DNA of 64,000 nt from Candidatus Marinacidobacterium sp. GTDB taxonomy: Bacteria > Acidobacteriota > Vicinamibacteria > Marinacidobacterales > Marinacidobacteraceae. The translations under genes and the position numbers were made by a program. Numbering within the stretch: position 1 is the stretch's first letter; each line of letters begins with the position of its first letter. The notes under the pieces were generated by a model. It worked only from the letters and a program-made list of their open reading frames with translations, did no database searches and was not told the origin of the DNA. The stretch is taken from the NCBI GenBank assembly GCA_965220965.1, contig OZ244852.1:2656001-2720000 (forward strand), read 5' to 3'. Positions 30,573 through 40,059 of this stretch are shown here, one piece after another.

Positions 30573-32882
30573 TCACCGCCGGAGCGACTGGCCTCTCCGC
30601 GCCTCGCGCTGCGCCTCGGCGAGCCGGCCCTGGCGGTTGTAGATGTCGGCGAGGACGAAGTGGCCGAAGGGGGCCATGTCGGGCTCGGGGTCGAGTCCCA
30701 GCCCCCGGAGCGCGGTGACCTCGGCTTCGAGGAGTTCGCCGCGGTCGAGGAGCGCCTTGGCGAGGTAGAGATGGCCCACCGCGAACTCCGGATTGGCTTC
30801 CAGCGCGAGGCGGAAGGAGGCCTCCATCCGCGCCGGGTCGCCCATCGCGCCGTAGAGCTGGGCGAGGTTGAAGTGCGAGCGGAAGTCCTTCGGGGCCGCC
30901 TCCAGCCGGGTCTCGTAGGCCTCGATGGCGCCGGCGGCGTCGCCCCGCGCCTCGAACAGCAGCGCCAGGTTGTACCAGGCGTCCGAGAGGCGCTCGTCCA
31001 TTTCGAGCGCCCGCCGGAACTCGGCTTCCGCCTCGTCGAGCCGTCCGAGGCTCAGCAGGCACTGGCCCTTCAGGTTGCGGGCCGGAGCGCGCTCTTCTCC
31101 GGTGGCTTCGAGGTGTTCCAGAACCGCCAGCGCCTCCCGGTACTCCTCGCGCGCCGCGTGGATTTCGGCGAGGTGGTAGTGCGCCTTGTTGTCGTTCGGG
31201 TCCAGTTCGAGCAGGCGCCGGTAGCCCGCCGCCGCCTCCTCGAGACGGTCCGCCAGCCGGTAGGCGTCGGCGAGCCCGAGCACCGCCGAGAGGTACTCGG
31301 GATCGAGGCCGAGGGCGTCGCGGTAGGCCGCGATGGCGTTCTCCCAGTCCTCCTCCTTTACGAAAAGGTTGCCCAGGATGAGGTGGGCCTCGAGGATGCC
31401 GGGGTCCTCTTCGAGGACGCGCCGGACCTTCGCCATGGCGTCGGCGATCCGGTCCTCGGTGGAGTCGGTCCCGGCGGCCTTGAGCAGGTTGTAGAGGACG
31501 ATCTTGTCCTTCGGATCGGCGAGCGGCTCGTCCGGGTCCACGCTTACCCGGGAAGCGCCGCCGAGGTACCCCAGCGCGGCGAGCTGGGCGCGCGTTTCCT
31601 CGTCGAGCGTCTCCGGCGCGGCGGCTTCGGCGGCTTCCGACCCGAAGTCGGCGACGACCTGGTCCAGCCGGGACTGGAGCTGGCGCACCTGCCCGGGACG
31701 GTCGGGGGCGAGGTTTCGGGTCTGGCCGGGGTCCTCGAGGATCTCGAAGAGTTCGGGGCGGGGCGCCGAGATGAAGTGGAGGAGACCGTTCCGCAGCGAG
31801 CGGAGCGGCGACCAGCCGTAGTGGTTTCTCGGATACAGGCTTTCCGAGTAGGCCCACAGCCCGAGATCGGTCTCGGTCCCGTCGAGCAGCGACAGCAGGC
31901 TGACTCCCTGGACCGGGCCCGGCGTCGGAACCCCCACCAGGTCCAGCACGGTCGGCATGAGGTCGATGCCGCGCACCTGGGCGGGAACGCGAAGGCCCCG
32001 CCGCACCTGGCGGTAAGGCGCCCGGACGAGGAAGGGAACCTGCATCGAGGCGTCGTAGATGAAGAAGCCGTGCGCGCCCTCGCGGTGGCGCCCCAGGCTC
32101 TCGCCGTGGTCGCCGATCAGCGCGACGAGCGTGTCTTCAGTGAGCCCCTGGGCGTCCAGCCAGTCGAGCAGCCGCCCCACCAGCGAGTCGGTGAACGCCA
32201 CCTCGGCGTCGTAGTCTGCTTCCGGATAGCCGGTGACGCTGGACGCCCACGGCTCGGGCGCGTCGTAGGGCCAGTGCGGGTCGTAGAGATGGATCCACGA
32301 GAAGAAGCGTTCGTCACGGACCTGGTCCATCCAGGCGAGCGCCGCGTCGAGCACGTCGTCCCCGCGGCGCTGCACCGAGTCGAGGCTGATCCGCTCGAAC
32401 TCGCGGAAGTCGAAATCGTCGTGGTAGCGGTCGAATCCCTGGTCGAGACCCCAGCGCGAGTCCACCACGAACGCGGCGACGAAGGCTCCGGTGACCCAGC
32501 CGGCGTCGCCGAGCGCCTCGGCCAGCGTCTCGGCCTCGTCCCGGAGGTAGTAGCCCCCGTTGTCCCGCACGCCGTGGAACATCGGATACGTCCCGGTGAA
32601 CATCGAGGCGTGCGAGGGCAGCGTCAGCGGGACGGTGGCGGTCGCCTGCTCGAAGAGCACGCCTTCGGCGGCGACCCGGCCGAACGCCGGGGTCTCGATC
32701 CGGTCGTTTCCGTACTGCGCAAGATGGCGCGCCGAGAGGGTGTCGAGCGTGACCACGACCACGTTCAGCGGCCGGACCGGCTCCGCTCCGCCGGGCAGTC
32801 CGGAGCAGCCCAGACTCCCCGCCGCCCAGAGCAGGAGGACCGGCGCGGCCGGCTTCCATCGGCGGGGCGGGGGCGAGGACAT
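30573..32882 (-). CDS. Sulfatase-like hydrolase with C-terminal TPR repeats, probable lipoprotein
   Basis: ATG 32882; LGC lipobox-like; NVVVVTLDTL, PLTLPSHASMFTG, HLYDPH, GDHGE, LAALGY; several TPRs. Confidence 0.9.
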   Translation of the reverse strand: MSSPPPRRWKPAAPVLLLWAAGSLGCSGLPGGAEPVRPLNVVVVTLDTLSARHLAQYGNDRIETPAFGRVAAEGVLFEQATATVPLTLPSHASMFTGTYPMFHGVRDNGGYYLRDEAETLAEALGDAGWVTGAFVAAFVVDSRWGLDQGFDRYHDDFDFREFERISLDSVQRRGDDVLDAALAWMDQVRDERFFSWIHLYDPHWPYDAPEPWASSVTGYPEADYDAEVAFTDSLVGRLLDWLDAQGLTEDTLVALIGDHGESLGRHREGAHGFFIYDASMQVPFLVRAPYRQVRRGLRVPAQVRGIDLMPTVLDLVGVPTPGPVQGVSLLSLLDGTETDLGLWAYSESLYPRNHYGWSPLRSLRNGLLHFISAPRPELFEILEDPGQTRNLAPDRPGQVRQLQSRLDQVVADFGSEAAEAAAPETLDEETRAQLAALGYLGGASRVSVDPDEPLADPKDKIVLYNLLKAAGTDSTEDRIADAMAKVRRVLEEDPGILEAHLILGNLFVKEEDWENAIAAYRDALGLDPEYLSAVLGLADAYRLADRLEEAAAGYRRLLELDPNDNKAHYHLAEIHAAREEYREALAVLEHLEATGEERAPARNLKGQCLLSLGRLDEAEAEFRRALEMDERLSDAWYNLALLFEARGDAAGAIEAYETRLEAAPKDFRSHFNLAQLYGAMGDPARMEASFRLALEANPEFAVGHLYLAKALLDRGELLEAEVTALRGLGLDPEPDMAPFGHFVLADIYNRQGRLAEAQREARRGQSLRR

Positions 32883-32889
32883 GAATCCG

Positions 32890-32951
32890 ATTATGGCGCA
32901 GACCCCGCGTAGCCCAGTGAACCCATTCCATGACATATGGGTAGTATGGGT
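32890..32951. promoter_or_regulatory. Divergent -10 boxes and putative VapB operator
   Basis: CATAAT (minus, 32890-32895) 7 nt before the sulfatase ATG; TAGTAT (32942-32947) 6 nt before the vapB ATG; inverted ACCCAT/ATGGGT (32921-32942) and repeated TATGGGT. Confidence 0.55.
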
Positions 32952-32953
32952 CG

Positions 32954-33205
32954 ATGAAGACGACGGTGGATGTCCACGACGCGCTGCTGCTGCGGGCGCG
33001 GCGCCGGGCGCTGGAGCGCGGCGGCACGCTCCGCTCGCTGATCGAAGAGGGACTCCGGCGCGCCCTGGATGAGCCTGCGTCCGGACCCTACCGGCTGCCC
33101 GACCGGAGCGTCGGCGACCCGGAGCGGCCCGACCCGCTCGCCGAGTACTCGTGGCCGGAACTGCGCCGCCTGATCCATGAGGATCGTGGAGGCCCCGATT
33201 CGTGA
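32954..33205 (+). CDS. vapB: VapB-family antitoxin
   Basis: MKTTVDVHDALL..ARRRA....TLRSLIEEGLR; GTGA overlap with PIN gene. Confidence 0.85.
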   Translation: MKTTVDVHDALLLRARRRALERGGTLRSLIEEGLRRALDEPASGPYRLPDRSVGDPERPDPLAEYSWPELRRLIHEDRGGPDS

Positions 33206-33639
33206 TCGCGGTCGACACGAGCGTTCTGGTGGATGCGCACCGCCGGGAGACCGCCTCGCACCGAGTCGCCGCCAGCGTTCTGCGCGACCTCGCCGAGGGC
33301 GGGCGGCCGTGGGCCATCCCGTGGCCCTGCGCCTACGAGTTCCTGAGCGTCGTCACGAACCGGCGGATCTGGAGCGATTCGGTTTCGACGATGGCGCAGG
33401 CCTGGGCGCAACTCGAGGCCTGGCTGGCTTCGCCCTCCCATCGCCTCCTTGGCGAGACTCCGGATTTCCCGCCCATTCTTCGCGACTTCGTGACCCGTCC
33501 GGGGGTTCGGGGGGCGGTCGTCCACGACGCGCGGATCGCGGCGATCTGTGTGGCGCACGGCGTGGATCTCCTGCTCACGCGCGACCGCGACTTCTCGCTC
33601 TTCCCGGAGCAGCGCACCCGGGACCCGCGCCGCGCCTGA
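33202..33639 (+). CDS. vapC: VapC-family PIN-domain toxin
   Basis: MIAVDTSVLV, YEFL, VHDARIAA, TRDRDF acidic PIN residues. Confidence 0.92.
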   Translation: MIAVDTSVLVDAHRRETASHRVAASVLRDLAEGGRPWAIPWPCAYEFLSVVTNRRIWSDSVSTMAQAWAQLEAWLASPSHRLLGETPDFPPILRDFVTRPGVRGAVVHDARIAAICVAHGVDLLLTRDRDFSLFPEQRTRDPRRA

Positions 33640-33660
33640 AGGCGGGCGTCTCCGGCGGTG

Positions 33661-33897
33661 CTATCCGCCGAGATAGCGGTCGTGTTCCGTCGCGAGGTCG
33701 GCCGGGCCGACCCGGAAGCGCCCGTAGGCCTCCCGGGCGCGGCGGATCAGCTCATCCCGATCGGGCTGGAACTCGTTCCGCAGCGAAGCGGCCACCGCCT
33801 CGCGCACCAGCTCCGGGACGGAGCGCGTCCCGGAGCGGGCGCGGCGCTCGAGGGCTCGCATCTGCTCGTCGGTGAACTCGACCTCGATGCGCTTCAC
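33661..33897 (-). CDS. CopG/RHH antitoxin-like protein (orphan)
   Basis: MKRIEVEFTDEQMRALERRA...SVPELVREAV; C-terminal GRFR...DL...HDRYL typical of VapB-type antitoxins. Confidence 0.75.
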   Translation of the reverse strand: MKRIEVEFTDEQMRALERRARSGTRSVPELVREAVAASLRNEFQPDRDELIRRAREAYGRFRVGPADLATEHDRYLGG

Positions 33898-33901
33898 GGG
33901 A

Positions 33902-34738
33902 TCAGGAGTCCCTCGCGGCGGCCTTGGCCGCGAAGCGGGCGAGCAGCGGGTTGAACTGGCCGGGGTGCTCCCAGAACATGAGATGCCCGCCGAACACCTC
34001 GACCTGTGAGTTGGGGCAGTGCTCCGCCAGGAACGGCCGCGCGCTCTCCGCCCAGTGCTCGGCGACGACGAAGAGCTGCGGGAGTTCGGCGTCCGCCGCC
34101 TTCGCCTCCTCGAGGTAGTTCCCGAACGCGGCGCACGCGATCAGGTTCGCGGCGATCAGCGGCGGGGTCCCGACCGACTGCTCCACGACCCACGACGTCA
34201 ACTCGGGCGTCAGGTCCTGCTGGAGCATCACGTGCTCGGCGTAGGCGGTGACCGCCGCGCGCTGCCCGGCGGCCGTCTGGACGGCGCCGAAGAAACCGGC
34301 CATGTCGGGCAGCGATCCCTCGACCCAGTCGTCCGGGTCGCTGCTCATGCCGAGCGGCGGCATGTCGATCATCACGAGCCCCGCGAGCCCGGCGGCGCCG
34401 TGGTCCCGGAGGACCTGCCACGCGGTGTAGGCGCCGGTGGACCAGCCGACCAGGGTCGGCCGCTCGACCTCCAGGTGGGCGAGCAGCTTCATGAGGTCGG
34501 CGGCGTGCCCCGAGTGGTTGTTGCCCTCCAGCGTGACCGTCGAGCGGCCGTGGCTTCTCGGGTCGAAGGCGATGACCCGGAAGGAGCGCGAGAGCGCGGT
34601 GACCTGGTGCTCGAAGACCCGGGTGGTGAAGGTCCAGCCGGGGATGAGCACGAGGGGCGGCCCCTGCCCCGCATCCTCGTAGTAGATCTCCACTCCGGGC
34701 TCGACCTCGAGCCAGGAACCGATGCGTCCGCTCGCCAT
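33902..34738 (-). CDS. Alpha/beta hydrolase
   Basis: ATG 34738 after GGAGG; GWSTG nucleophile elbow, DPRSHGRS, GGHLMF. Confidence 0.9.
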   Translation of the reverse strand: MASGRIGSWLEVEPGVEIYYEDAGQGPPLVLIPGWTFTTRVFEHQVTALSRSFRVIAFDPRSHGRSTVTLEGNNHSGHAADLMKLLAHLEVERPTLVGWSTGAYTAWQVLRDHGAAGLAGLVMIDMPPLGMSSDPDDWVEGSLPDMAGFFGAVQTAAGQRAAVTAYAEHVMLQQDLTPELTSWVVEQSVGTPPLIAANLIACAAFGNYLEEAKAADAELPQLFVVAEHWAESARPFLAEHCPNSQVEVFGGHLMFWEHPGQFNPLLARFAAKAAARDS

Positions 34739-34845
34739 GGGTTGCCTCCTGGTCCGGGCTCCGGCGCCGCCGGCGCGCGGCGCTGGAACCCGATCAGAGG
34801 GTAGCCGAGACGGGCCCACCGAGCGGCTCGAGAGCGGTCCGGAGC

Positions 34846-34875
34846 TTGACCCCCGGAAGCCGCATGGGATATAAG
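34846..34875 (+). promoter_or_regulatory. Putative sigma70 promoter for the TBDR gene
   Basis: TTGACC-18 nt-TATAAG in a locally AT-richer stretch. Confidence 0.4.
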
Positions 34876-34960
34876 CCCCTTTCCGGTTTTGCCCTCAGGT
34901 GGCCCGCCTCCCGTGGCGCGTCCTGACGGGGTTCCCGAGACCGGCAAGGAGGTTCCTTCC

Positions 34961-37780
34961 GTGCGAATCCATCGCATCCTCGCTCTCGCCGCGGTCCTCG
35001 CGCTGGCGGCCGGGGTCGCCGCCGGCCAGATCACCGGAACGATCCTGGGGAACGTCACCGACGCCCAGGGAGGCGTCCTGCCCGGGACCAGCGTGACGAT
35101 CACCTCGTCCGAGCTGCCGGGCGGGCCGCGCACCGCGGTGAGCGACTCCTCCGGCGGCTACCGGTTCCCGAACCTGCCGCCGGGCGACTACACCCTGACG
35201 GTGGAGCTCTCCGGCTTCGGGACCTACATCGAGGAGGGGCTTCAGGTCCTCGTCGGCGGGACGACCGAGCGGAACGTCGCGCTCGACCTCGCGACCGTCG
35301 CGGAGACCGTGACCGTCACCGGCGAGACGCCGGTCGTGGACACCCGGCGGTCGGGCGTCTCCACGAACTACTCCAGTGAGTACATGGAGAACACGCCGCT
35401 GCGCCGCTTCAGCTTCTTCGACTTCACGAAGAGCGCCCCCGGGATGTCGGCGACGAACCCGACGAGCGGGACGAGCAGCCGGGTCTCGGCCTTCGGATCC
35501 GGAGTGGACGAGAACAAGTACCTGATGGACGGCGTGGACTTCACCGCGCCGGTCTCGGGCGCCGCCTGGCCCTGGCCCGCCACCGACCTGATCGAGGAGA
35601 TGGAGATCGTCTCGCTGGGCGCTTCCGCCGAGCACGGGAGCGCGGCCGGCGCCGTCTTCAACGTCGTGACCAAGCAGGGGACGAACGAATTCACCGCCAC
35701 CGGCGCCGGCTACAAGCAGTTCCAGTCCATCACCTCGCAGCCGATCAAGCTGAACGCCGACGGCGAGGAGGACCCGAACGGCTGGGGCTACAACCGGGAC
35801 CGCTACGACGACTACACGATCCACGGCGGGGGCCCCATCGTGCGGGACCGGGCGTGGATCTACGCCAACTACCAGTACCAGCAGGACTGGGATACGCAGC
35901 CGGGGAACGACCCACAGTTTCCGAGGAAGTTCGGCGCCCACCGCCTCTTCTACAAGGCGACCGCGGATGTCACCCAGAACCTCAAGTTCATGCAGACCTA
36001 CCACGACGACTACTGGGTGATCCCCGCCACGCCGTCGTTCGCCCGTCCGTATGCGGCGGTCGCGACATACACCGGCCATAACCCGTCGATCGCTTTCGGG
36101 CGCCTCACCTACATCGTGAGCCCGAACACCTTCCTTGAGGGCGGCGTTTCCGGCTTCTACTCGCCGAACGACCTGAGCGAGTCGAACAATCCGGGCGTTC
36201 CGGGGACGCGCAATATCGATGACGGAAGCTGGTCCGGCGGGTACTCGTGGTACGACAAGTTCACCCAGGGGCGCACCGAGCTCAAGGGCAAGGTCAGCCA
36301 CTACGCGAACGACTGGCTCGGCGCCGACCACGACTTCAAGTTCGGCGTCCAGTACGTGATCGGGAGCCACAGCTCCCACGGCGGCTACGTGCCGGGTCCC
36401 AACTATCCCGGCGGCGTCCGCTACTACGTGAACGGCGACGGGAGCCCCTACGGGATCATCACCGGGACGACCTACAACACCGGGGGACAGTTCAAGGAGA
36501 CCGCTCTCTACGCCGAGGATCTGCTGACGATCGGGACGCGCGTCACCATCTCCGCCGGAGTCCGGCTCGACTCGGTCCGGGGGATCAGCCAGGACGTGCC
36601 GGACCTGGTGGTCAACGACCTGGCGGCTCTCACCTTCGACGACGTCGGGACCGTTTCCGGGGCCGGCGAGCAGTTCACCTGGACGAACATCGGCCCCCGT
36701 CTGGGGTTCAACATCAAGCTCGACGACGACGCCCGGACCGTGCTCCGGGGAAACTGGGGCCGCTTCTTCCGCACCGCGATCACCGGGGAGCTCAGCCCCA
36801 TCCATCCCGGTCAGGGCAGCCAGCAGGAGTTCTACTGGAACCCCGACACCGGGCGCTACGACATCGAGGGCCCCCGCTACGTGGCCAGCACCGACTTCGG
36901 ATTCGATCCGAACTCGCGGTCTCCCTACACCGACCAGATGTCCATCGGATTCGACCGCGAGCTGACGACGAGCCTCGCCTTCGGTTTCACCTACGTGCGG
37001 AAGGACCAGAACGACCTGCTCGGCTGGAACATCGAGAACGCCACCTACTCGACCGTCCCCCACACCTTCGCCAACGGGCAGACGATCGATGTCTACCCGC
37101 TGACTTCGGATCCGGACGCCCGGTTCTACCGTCTGGACAACGTGGACTGCGTGGGCGTGTCCTACCGCTGCGACCCGCTGTTCATGGACTACAACGGATT
37201 CGCCTTCGAGCTCGAAAAGCGCATGTCGAACAACTGGCAGGCGCAGGTGTCCTACGTCTGGTCGAAGACCTATGGCCTGCTCCCCTCCAGCGGGGGCGGA
37301 GCCGCGTCCAGCCAGGAGACCCGCGTGCGCAGCAGTTCGCTGGCGCGCGATCCGAACCAGTTCATCAACGCCACCGGCCACCTGCTGAACGACCGGACCC
37401 ACACCTTCCGCGTGACCGGGACCGTGATCCTGCCGTGGGATGTCCTGCTGGGCTGGAACTACGCCTACTTCAACGGGAAGCCGTGGGCCACCCATGACCG
37501 CGTCGAGCGGGATGTCCTCCCGCAGGGCGGCAGGAACATCTATCTCGAGAGCCCCGGCTCGCAGCGGCTGGACGACCAGAACCTGCTCGACCTGCGGCTG
37601 TCGAAGTCGCTCTTCCTCGGAACGCGGCGCCTCGAGATGTTCGTCGACGGGCTGAACCTGTTCAACGCCACCTCGGCGGAGGATGTGGCGTCGCAGTCCT
37701 GGGGCGTGGGAACCTTCGGTCTCGGGGACCGGTGGGTGGATCCGCGTCGGCTCATGGTCGGTGTGAAGTTCATCTATTGA
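34961..37780 (+). CDS. TonB-dependent receptor with N-terminal carboxypeptidase-regulatory-like domain
   Basis: GTG 34961 after AAGGAGG; signal peptide; GNVTDAQGGVLPG; plug NVVTKQG; GGPIVRDRAW; aromatic C-terminus. Confidence 0.93.
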   Translation: MRIHRILALAAVLALAAGVAAGQITGTILGNVTDAQGGVLPGTSVTITSSELPGGPRTAVSDSSGGYRFPNLPPGDYTLTVELSGFGTYIEEGLQVLVGGTTERNVALDLATVAETVTVTGETPVVDTRRSGVSTNYSSEYMENTPLRRFSFFDFTKSAPGMSATNPTSGTSSRVSAFGSGVDENKYLMDGVDFTAPVSGAAWPWPATDLIEEMEIVSLGASAEHGSAAGAVFNVVTKQGTNEFTATGAGYKQFQSITSQPIKLNADGEEDPNGWGYNRDRYDDYTIHGGGPIVRDRAWIYANYQYQQDWDTQPGNDPQFPRKFGAHRLFYKATADVTQNLKFMQTYHDDYWVIPATPSFARPYAAVATYTGHNPSIAFGRLTYIVSPNTFLEGGVSGFYSPNDLSESNNPGVPGTRNIDDGSWSGGYSWYDKFTQGRTELKGKVSHYANDWLGADHDFKFGVQYVIGSHSSHGGYVPGPNYPGGVRYYVNGDGSPYGIITGTTYNTGGQFKETALYAEDLLTIGTRVTISAGVRLDSVRGISQDVPDLVVNDLAALTFDDVGTVSGAGEQFTWTNIGPRLGFNIKLDDDARTVLRGNWGRFFRTAITGELSPIHPGQGSQQEFYWNPDTGRYDIEGPRYVASTDFGFDPNSRSPYTDQMSIGFDRELTTSLAFGFTYVRKDQNDLLGWNIENATYSTVPHTFANGQTIDVYPLTSDPDARFYRLDNVDCVGVSYRCDPLFMDYNGFAFELEKRMSNNWQAQVSYVWSKTYGLLPSSGGGAASSQETRVRSSSLARDPNQFINATGHLLNDRTHTFRVTGTVILPWDVLLGWNYAYFNGKPWATHDRVERDVLPQGGRNIYLESPGSQRLDDQNLLDLRLSKSLFLGTRRLEMFVDGLNLFNATSAEDVASQSWGVGTFGLGDRWVDPRRLMVGVKFIY

Positions 37781-37797
37781 TGGCCTGAGTCATCCGC

Positions 37798-37830
37798 GAG
37801 GCGGGGGCCGCGAGGTCCCCGCCTCTTCTC
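37798..37830 (+). terminator. Hairpin terminator after the TBDR
   Basis: GAGGCGGGGGCC-GCGA-GGTCCCCGCCTC followed by TTCTC. Confidence 0.65.
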
Positions 37831-37845
37831 CTGTACGGTTCGCCT

Positions 37846-40002
37846 GTGCCGAGACCGCGGTCGGTGGCCGTCGCCGCCGGGCTCGCCTTCCTCGCTGTGG
37901 CGGGCGTAGCGGTCGCCCAGGGCCCCGACCGCCCGGCGCGGGCGCCGCTCGCCGAGGCGCGGTTCCGGGACGGCATGCAGGCGGTCGCCCGGCGCGATCA
38001 TGACCGCGCCCTCGAGTTCTTCCGGCACGCGCTCGCGCTGGATCCCGCCCACGACGGCGCCCACTTCTACGCCGGGCTCGCCTACCTCCAGCGCGGCTAC
38101 ACCAGCCTTCGGCTCGCGGACCACCACCTCTCCCGGGCGATCGCGCTCGACGACTCGAACCCCCGCCGACGTCACTGGCGCGGGATCGCGCGCCTCCGCC
38201 TCGGTGAGTTCGCCGCGGCCACCGCCGACCTCGAAGCCGTGCTCGAGCGCGAGCCGGACAGCCCGGCGACGCTTCGGGCGCTCGGCGCGGCGCTGCTGCG
38301 GCTCGGGGCCCCCGGGCCGGCGGCGGCGGCGCTGCGGCGGGCCATCGACCTCGAACCGGAGCTGCTCGAACCCCGCTGGAACCTGGGCGTCGCCGCCCGC
38401 CGTTCCGGCGAGCACCCGGCGGGGCTCCCGGAGAGCCACCGGCTGGATCTCCCGGCGCCGGATCCCGGACCCGCGCAGTCCCCCATCCGCTTCGAGGAAG
38501 TCTCGGCGGCCTCCGGGATCGAGCGCTGGTCCCGGGGCCGCGGCAGCGGCTGGGCCGACGTGGACGGCGACGGCGACCTCGACCTGTTCGCCCTCGGCAT
38601 CCGCGACCCCCACGCGCTTTACCGGAACGACCTCCTCGAAACCGGCGACCCGGTGTTTGCGCCGGTGGCCGCGGAGGCCGGCCTGCTCGACCCCCGCGGC
38701 GGCTGGTCGGCGCTCTTTTTCGACTACGACCGCGACGGCGACCCCGATCTCCATGTGACCCGCGACGGCTGGGACGGCCGCGACCGGAACAGCCTCTTCC
38801 GCAACGACGGCGGACGGTTCGAGGACGTCGCCGTGGCGGCCGGCGTGGCGAGCCCGCGCGACGCCTTCACCGCGGCGGTTGCGGACGTGAACCGCGACGG
38901 CTGGCTCGACCTCTACGTGGCGAACGGGGTGGCGACCCCCGGGGGTTCGCCGAACGAGCTCTTCCTCGGCGCCCCTGGCGGCCGCTTCCACGAACGGGGC
39001 GAGGCCTTCGGGGTGGCGGATCACGGGCGCTCGGTGGGGTCGGCCTTCGGGGACTACGACCGGGACGGCTGGCCCGATCTGCTCGTCGCCAACTTCTTCG
39101 GGGGCCCGGCGCTCTACCGGAACCTCGACGGGGTCGGGTTCCGCGAGGTGACCGGGTCGGTCGGGCTCGAGGCGCCCCACGAGGCGTTCGTCGGCTTCTT
39201 CTTCGATTACGACAACGACGGCTGGCTCGACATCTTCGTCGTCGGGTTCACCTCCGACATGGAGACCGCGCTCCGCAGCCAGCTCGAAGGCCGGGCCGTC
39301 CACCAGGGAAGCCGCCTCGCGCTCTACCGGAACGACCGCGACGGGACCTTCACCGACGTGACCGAGGCCGCCGGCCTCGCCTGGAACCTCGGCGCGATGG
39401 CCGCCGCCTTCGGCGACTACGACAACGACGGCTGGCTCGACCTGTTCATCGGCGCGGGCGCGCCTCCCATGGAGCGCCTCGAGCCGAACCGGCTGTTCCG
39501 GAACCTCGGCGACGGAACGTTCGCCGATGTCAGCGTCTCGGCCGGAGTGGACGACCTCGGCAAGGGGCATGGCGCCGCCTTCGCCGACTACGACCACGAC
39601 GGCGACCTCGACCTGTTCGTTCCGGTCGGGGGCGCGTTCCCCGGGGATCGCCAGCGCAGCGTCCTCTATCGGAACCCCGCCTCGCAGATGGCGACGCCGA
39701 ACCACTGGCTCCATGTTCTCCTCCGGGCCACCACGCTCCACCCCGACGCGGTCGGGGCCGAGGTCCGGCTTCGCGTCGAAGGGTCGGACGAGGCGCGCGT
39801 CCAGGTCCGGGAGGTCGCCATCGGCGGCGGTTTCGGGATCACCCCGAGCCCCATCCTCGAGTTCGGCCTCGGATCCCGTGACCGCGCCGCCGAGATCGCG
39901 ATCCGCTGGCCCGGGGGAGCACACCGGGTGTTGCGGGACATCCCCGCCGACCAGCGGATCCTGATCCGCGAGGACGAGCCCGGCTACCAGGTCCTCCGCT
40001 GA
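37846..40002 (+). CDS. TPR + FG-GAP/VCBS repeat + ASPIC/UnbV-like (CRTAC1-family) exported protein
   Basis: Signal peptide; N-terminal TPRs; repeated DYDNDGWLDL motifs; C-terminal FGLG...IRWP. Confidence 0.88.
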   Translation: MPRPRSVAVAAGLAFLAVAGVAVAQGPDRPARAPLAEARFRDGMQAVARRDHDRALEFFRHALALDPAHDGAHFYAGLAYLQRGYTSLRLADHHLSRAIALDDSNPRRRHWRGIARLRLGEFAAATADLEAVLEREPDSPATLRALGAALLRLGAPGPAAAALRRAIDLEPELLEPRWNLGVAARRSGEHPAGLPESHRLDLPAPDPGPAQSPIRFEEVSAASGIERWSRGRGSGWADVDGDGDLDLFALGIRDPHALYRNDLLETGDPVFAPVAAEAGLLDPRGGWSALFFDYDRDGDPDLHVTRDGWDGRDRNSLFRNDGGRFEDVAVAAGVASPRDAFTAAVADVNRDGWLDLYVANGVATPGGSPNELFLGAPGGRFHERGEAFGVADHGRSVGSAFGDYDRDGWPDLLVANFFGGPALYRNLDGVGFREVTGSVGLEAPHEAFVGFFFDYDNDGWLDIFVVGFTSDMETALRSQLEGRAVHQGSRLALYRNDRDGTFTDVTEAAGLAWNLGAMAAAFGDYDNDGWLDLFIGAGAPPMERLEPNRLFRNLGDGTFADVSVSAGVDDLGKGHGAAFADYDHDGDLDLFVPVGGAFPGDRQRSVLYRNPASQMATPNHWLHVLLRATTLHPDAVGAEVRLRVEGSDEARVQVREVAIGGGFGITPSPILEFGLGSRDRAAEIAIRWPGGAHRVLRDIPADQRILIREDEPGYQVLR

Positions 40003-40059
40003 CGGCGCGCCCGGGCGGGTGGCCGAACGCACCGGCCGAGCGGGTAGGATCGCCGCCCG

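Noticed and set aside
28197-32912. 1571-aa plus-strand ORF and similar long ORFs (37774..41298, 34895..37495, 5' parts of 10063..12969 and 56660..60355)
   Set aside because: Antisense or off-frame shadows of well-supported genes, expected with high-GC codon bias; no recognisable motifs
38530-39620. Recurring GACTACGACAACGACGGCTGG-like nucleotide repeats
   Set aside because: Fully explained by FG-GAP (DYDNDGW) protein repeats; irregular spacing, not CRISPR
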